Shown here piece after piece: positions 60,129-64,000 of a DNA stretch of 64,000 nt. The DNA comes from Bdellovibrionales bacterium (GTDB lineage: Bacteria; Bdellovibrionota; Bdellovibrionia; Bdellovibrionales; UBA1609), in NCBI GenBank assembly GCA_965205365.1, contig CBDBGT010000011.1, positions 347,489 through 411,488 on the forward strand, given 5' to 3'. The notes beneath the pieces are model-generated. The model worked only from the letters and a program-made list of their open reading frames with translations, ran no database searches and was not told the origin of the DNA. A program made the translations under genes and the position numbers. Numbering within the stretch: position 1 is the first letter of the stretch; every line of letters starts with the position of its first letter.

Positions 60129-61992
60129 CTGACTTCGACACTCCTGTTAAAAAGCCCCTCTTGAGTTCAAATATACGCACCAGAGAAGGTTAAAAAGTCT
60201 AAAACTCGAAATGTAGTGACCCCTTTTTTTTCTTTACAAGTATTTTTAGGCTAGTAATTTTAATAGCCATGTTTATTCGAGAAGTAAAAAAACCAAACGG
60301 AAGTGTTTCAATTAGAATAGTTGAATCTACTCGAGTAAAAAATAAAGTTATTCAAAAAGTCATTAGAACTCTGGGACAACACAAGGATGCAAGAGAAATA
60401 GCCATTATTAAGAAAGCAGCACAGGACTTAATAATAGAGCTAAAAAACACAAGAAACCCAGCCCTTCCTGGAATGGAAGAAACTGTGCACTCCACGACTT
60501 GCACAAAAAAAGCCAGCACAAGAAACCCAGAGCTAGTGGATATAAAGAATCTATCTGAGCAAGGTCGTGTTAACCAAGGCATTCACACAGTTTTAGGCAA
60601 AGTTTATAATCAAATGAACTTTAACGATATCATAAAAAACACAAAAAAAGATGATGAGTGGAACTCTATTCTTCAAGATTGTGTTTTAGCAAGAATCTCT
60701 AGGCCGCAGAGTAAAAGAAAAACAGCAGATAGCTTAAAAAAAGTTTTCTCAAAACCCCTTCCTCTTCATAAGATATACCGTATGATGGACAGAGTTTTTC
60801 TAAACGAAGAAAGACTAAAATCAAAAGTCTTAAATTCCACTCTAAACCTTTTTAATGACCAGGTTGACGTTATGTTCTTTGATGTCACAACGCTATATTT
60901 TGAAAGCTTTACTTCAGATGAACTTAGAGCCAATGGTTTTAGTAAGGATGCTAAGTTTAAAGAAACTCAAGTTGTTCTCGCCTTGGTTACAAACTCACAG
61001 GGACACCCAGTAACTTATGAGCTTTTTCCTGGCAACACTTATGAGGGCAACACATTAATAGAGATAGTTAAAAACTTAAAAACCCGTTTTAATGTAAATC
61101 AAGTTACCCTTGTGGCTGATAGAGGTATGTTTAATGAGGCAAACTTAGTTTTACTAGAAGCTGAAAACATTCATTATATTGTGGGGGCTAAGTTAAAATC
61201 TTTACCAAAGAATTTAAAAGAAGAAATCTGTCATAAAAACTTTAAACCCCATGTGGTGAGCAATGAACTGCAGTGGGTTAGAGAGTTTGAGCACAAGAAA
61301 AGAAGGCTTGTTGTTGGGTATTCTAATAAAAGAGCTTATAAAGATGCATTTGACCGGGAAAAGATAATTGTTCGTCTTTTAAAGAAAGCCAAAGATGGAA
61401 AACTTAAAGCAAGTGACCTTATAACTAATTATGGAACGAAAAAGTACCTTAAGTCTTTTAAGGGGGATGTAGAGGTTGATAAGTGTAAGATTAGTAGAGA
61501 CGCTCAGTGGGATGGTTTTCATGGTGTCATTACAAATCTTGAAGACAAGTCTGCAGCTGAAGTTTTAGAGCGTTATAGAGGGCTGTGGAAAATAGAACAA
61601 GCGTTTAGAATAAGTAAGACAGATTTAAAGATGCGACCTATTTTTCATTGGAAGTCTGAGAGGATTAAGGCTCATATTGGAATTTGTTTTCTAGCATATG
61701 CAATTGTTTGTAGAGTAAATAAGCTTATTAAGGAAAACCAATTAGAGTTTAGTTTTTTAGATCTTAAAGAGGAGTTAAATAGAGATGAGTACAGTGTTTT
61801 AAAAGACTCTAGTACGGGGCGATTTTATGAGCTTGTATCTAAGACTACTCCTGTTTTAAAGAAAATTTACCAAGTTTTAAACCTTAAGAGAAAGGACTGT
61901 ATTCGCCTAGTTAAAGAGCAAATGTAGTGACCCCAGCAAAATCTAAGCACTTGATTTTATTAGCTTTATGCGCCGTGTTGTGTCGAAGTCAG
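60129..61992 (+). mobile_element. IS1634-family insertion sequence (1864 bp)
   Basis: Terminal IRs are ctgacttcgacac (60129-) and gtgtcgaagtcag (-61992). A single 552-aa transposase gene is present. An internal 15-nt direct repeat aaatgtagtgacccc lies at 60209-60223 and 61920-61934. Confidence 0.8.
60269..61927 (+). CDS. IS1634-family (IS4-related) DDE transposase
   Basis: N-terminus MFIREVKKPNGSVSIRIVESTRVKNKVIQKVIRTLG; DDE motifs FFDVTTLYFES, LVADRGMF and YRGLWKIEQAFRISK. Confidence 0.75.
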   Translation: MFIREVKKPNGSVSIRIVESTRVKNKVIQKVIRTLGQHKDAREIAIIKKAAQDLIIELKNTRNPALPGMEETVHSTTCTKKASTRNPELVDIKNLSEQGRVNQGIHTVLGKVYNQMNFNDIIKNTKKDDEWNSILQDCVLARISRPQSKRKTADSLKKVFSKPLPLHKIYRMMDRVFLNEERLKSKVLNSTLNLFNDQVDVMFFDVTTLYFESFTSDELRANGFSKDAKFKETQVVLALVTNSQGHPVTYELFPGNTYEGNTLIEIVKNLKTRFNVNQVTLVADRGMFNEANLVLLEAENIHYIVGAKLKSLPKNLKEEICHKNFKPHVVSNELQWVREFEHKKRRLVVGYSNKRAYKDAFDREKIIVRLLKKAKDGKLKASDLITNYGTKKYLKSFKGDVEVDKCKISRDAQWDGFHGVITNLEDKSAAEVLERYRGLWKIEQAFRISKTDLKMRPIFHWKSERIKAHIGICFLAYAIVCRVNKLIKENQLEFSFLDLKEELNRDEYSVLKDSSTGRFYELVSKTTPVLKKIYQVLNLKRKDCIRLVKEQM

Positions 61993-61993
61993 G

Positions 61994-62095
61994 AAAAGCA
62001 ACATTGCTTAAACCAAGCACTTCCCCCTTTGTGTTCATAATCAAAGCCGTAGAGCCCGTAGTCCCCTGGTCTAAAGAAAGTATTAGGTTTTTCAT
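61994..62095 (-). pseudogene. Duplicated 5' fragment of glpK (codons 1-34)
   Basis: Part of the 303-bp duplication. It reads MKNLILSLDQGTTGSTALIMNTKGEVLGLSNVAF, then runs into the IS end. Confidence 0.85.
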
Positions 62096-62296
62096 ATGTT
62101 TTTTAAGTCTACTCGCCTGGAGTGTCTAAGGCAATAGGGCCTGTTAATCCATGGATTAACTTTGTCAAAACACCTGCATTCTCTAAATCATCAATGCTTC
62201 CCCCTATAAGCTCTGATTTCATAATACTTGCCATAAAAACAGCCAAAATCATCAACAAAATATACTCTAAAACCAACTGACCACTCTGCTTTCCTC
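61994..62296. repeat. Right copy of the perfect 303-bp direct duplication
   Basis: Identical by eye to 52028-52330 and begins exactly at the IS terminus. Confidence 0.9.
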
Positions 62297-62333
62297 TACC
62301 CTTATTCTTTTTGCTTTGACCCCTTAAAAACAT
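62109..62333 (-). CDS. Flp-family (type IVb/Tad) pilin-like small protein, intact copy
   Basis: MFLRGQSKKNKGRGKQSG|QLVLEYILLMILAVF: a basic leader, the G/XXXXEY processing motif and a hydrophobic helix. The track ORF extends to 62396, but the Met at 62333 is more plausible. Confidence 0.45.
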   Translation of the reverse strand: MFLRGQSKKNKGRGKQSGQLVLEYILLMILAVFMASIMKSELIGGSIDDLENAGVLTKLIHGLTGPIALDTPGE

Positions 62334-62350
62334 AAGAATAGTCTTACCCT

Positions 62351-62857
62351 GTGAAAATATACGACTGGAAGTACCTTGGTAAAATTGTTGCATCAATTGC
62401 CCTATCGGTCATTATTGGTCTTTTCTGGATATTAACTACTCAAAAAAACCCTGAAATCACAAAAAACCCTCATAAATTCAACTTAGGTAGTGTTTTTGCT
62501 AAACACCTTACAAATAGAACTCTAGTAATTTTTTGGGCTAGCTGGTGTGCCTCTTGTCAAGAGGACCTTAAAAAACTTAAAAAATTTCAAGCTTCTAATT
62601 TACCAAAAGATTTTAGTATTCTAGCTATTAACATTGATACCATGGAAAAATTACCTGAAGCAAAATTTCTATGGAATAAGCTAGAAATTAAAGACATTAA
62701 ACTTTTATTTGATAAAAACGGAGACTATCAAAATCTCTTATCTATTAACGTTCTACCCTCTTACTTCTTATTTGAAAAAAATGGAAAAATCCTTTTAAGG
62801 CTAGATGGAAAAGTAGACTTTTCAGATAAAAAAATACTCTCTCTCCTATTTAGTTAA
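62351..62857 (+). CDS. TlpA/redoxin-like membrane-anchored thiol:disulfide oxidoreductase
   Basis: N-terminal TM and a thioredoxin fold with FWASWCASCQ (CxxC). GTG start. Confidence 0.7.
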   Translation: MKIYDWKYLGKIVASIALSVIIGLFWILTTQKNPEITKNPHKFNLGSVFAKHLTNRTLVIFWASWCASCQEDLKKLKKFQASNLPKDFSILAINIDTMEKLPEAKFLWNKLEIKDIKLLFDKNGDYQNLLSINVLPSYFLFEKNGKILLRLDGKVDFSDKKILSLLFS

Positions 62858-63245
62858 AAATACTTTAAAAAAAGATTTTATGAAAAATCAATGAAACATT
62901 AAAACTTTATACCAAATCTATATGTTTCACTGATGAAATCAGTAAAATGGCCTAGCAATAATATACACAACAAAACCCCCATGACATTTGCCTTTTCTTC
63001 TAAAAAAATAGATTCATAGTAAAAACCACAGAATGATAATTAGGATTCATAAAAAGCAGTTTTTCTCTTTAAAAACATATCCTTTAACTCATGTTTTTAC
63101 TAAATATTTAAAATCATTTTTATAACCCAGGGCTTTAAAATTTATCAAGTTATTCACTTAAATAGCTAATTATTTTAAACTAAACGACTTTTAAAAATAT
63201 ATTTTTTCTTGGTTTTTATAAACCTTACTATAATTTTTGCTACAA

Positions 63246-64000
63246 TTAATTATAAACTTTTATAACAGGCTGAAACCCTATTTCATAAAAAAAATCTTCA
63301 GGTCCTCCATCACTTGTAAAAAAATCTGCATTAAGCCCTTTAATTAAAGCACCCTTATTAAAAACTCCAAGTGCTCTTGAAGCGTTCACTGTATAAGCAC
63401 ACCAAACTTCAGCTAAACTCATCTTCATCTGACGCCTTGCAAGTACACCAACAAAACTTAAGTCCTGTGTTGGAGAACTCCCTGGATTATAGTCTGTTGC
63501 TAAAGAAACCCTGACCCCTTCATCAATAATTTTTCTAGCTTTTGGGTATTTTGTATTTAAATAAAAATCAGCTGTTGGTAAAAGGTTGACCACTGTTTTA
63601 TATTTTGACATCTCTTTGATTTCACTATCTTTTACATAAACTGAATGCTCTACAGACAAAGCTCCAAGCTTTGCACTCTCTAAAGAACCTTTAGAAAAAC
63701 TTAATTGATCAGCATGAACACAAAAATTCAACTTATTATTTAAAGCAGTTGTTAAAAATAATTTTAAATCATTTAAATCAAAAAAATTATTTTCAATAAA
63801 TAAATCCACTCTATCAAGTTTTGGAAATTTTTTTAGTATTTTAGGTAAGTCTTTGTTCACCACCTTATGCACATACTCTAACTTATCACCTTTAAAAGAA
63901 TGTAGAGCTAAATATGTAGGTTTAATTTTAATACCCTTTAATAAGAAAGCGACTTCTAGTTGCTTAGATTCTATTTTAAAATTTTGTCCATATCCAGATT
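63246..64000 (-). CDS. hutI: Imidazolonepropionase (N-terminus beyond window edge)
   Basis: HADQLS, SVEH and LATDYNPGSSP motifs. The reading frame stays open upstream of the annotated Met to nt 64000 (...SGYGQNFKIESKQLEVAFLLKG...). Confidence 0.8.
   Translation of the reverse strand, partial: SGYGQNFKIESKQLEVAFLLKGIKIKPTYLALHSFKGDKLEYVHKVVNKDLPKILKKFPKLDRVDLFIENNFFDLNDLKLFLTTALNNKLNFCVHADQLSFSKGSLESAKLGALSVEHSVYVKDSEIKEMSKYKTVVNLLPTADFYLNTKYPKARKIIDEGVRVSLATDYNPGSSPTQDLSFVGVLARRQMKMSLAEVWCAYTVNASRALGVFNKGALIKGLNADFFTSDGGPEDFFYEIGFQPVIKVYN

Larger units (their letters stand above)
52331..61992. mobile_element. 9.66-kb composite-transposon-like unit carrying the DGR, bounded by inverted IS1634-family ends
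   Basis: The outer termini are inverted copies of the same IS end (ctgacttcgacacaacacgg...). The unit is flanked by the 303-bp perfect direct repeat. Cargo is the DGR target::IS3, avd, TR, RT and an IS982 remnant. Confidence 0.7.

Noticed and set aside
59948-60193. 81-aa ORF called in the track
   Set aside because: It is a chimeric reading frame made of the frameshifted IS982-type remnant running into the left end of the IS1634-family element. It is not an independent gene.
1-64000. CRISPR arrays, rRNA genes, riboswitch-like GC-rich structured leaders
   Set aside because: No regularly spaced direct repeats were seen, and the intergenic regions are uniformly AT-rich without conserved structured-RNA signatures. 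I scanned by eye only, so a covariance-model search (Rfam) would be the definitive check.

Overview
AT-rich (about one-third G+C by eye) chromosomal segment of a Gram-negative bacterium, judged from Lnt, an Slt70-type transglycosylase and a DUF481 outer-membrane protein. A Bdellovibrio-like or Bacteriovoracaceae-type genome would fit the gene content, but that is a guess. Most of the window is housekeeping. It includes an SplB-like radical SAM enzyme, an S8 protease, lnt, mutS2 and an Opp-type peptide permease with its binding protein. A near-complete colinear heme pathway follows (hemB, hemA, hemC/D, hemL, hemE, hemN, hemY, hemH) with a two-component system embedded in it. The remainder includes queG, sodB, hut and kynurenine genes, hisS, tRNA-Leu(UAA), tRNA-Asp(GUC), glpK and hutI. 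The window is rich in IS elements: an IS630 element carrying a nested ISL3, plus remnants of IS5/IS1182-, IS66- and IS982-type transposases. The standout region is 52.0-62.3 kb, which holds a complete diversity-generating retroelement (DGR). Its parts are a roughly 1248-codon secreted fibre-like target gene with a C-terminal DUF1566/CLec-type variable region, avd, a 110-nt template repeat and a DGR-type reverse transcriptase. VR and TR differ at 13 positions, and the TR base is adenine at every one. The target gene is split by an intact IS3-family element with a GTT target duplication. The whole cassette sits inside a 9.66-kb composite-transposon-like unit. That unit is bounded by an 1864-bp IS1634-family element and an inverted 153-bp transposase-less derivative of the same IS. 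It is flanked by a perfect 303-bp direct duplication of the glpK/flp-like junction. No CRISPR array, rRNA or prophage structural module was seen.
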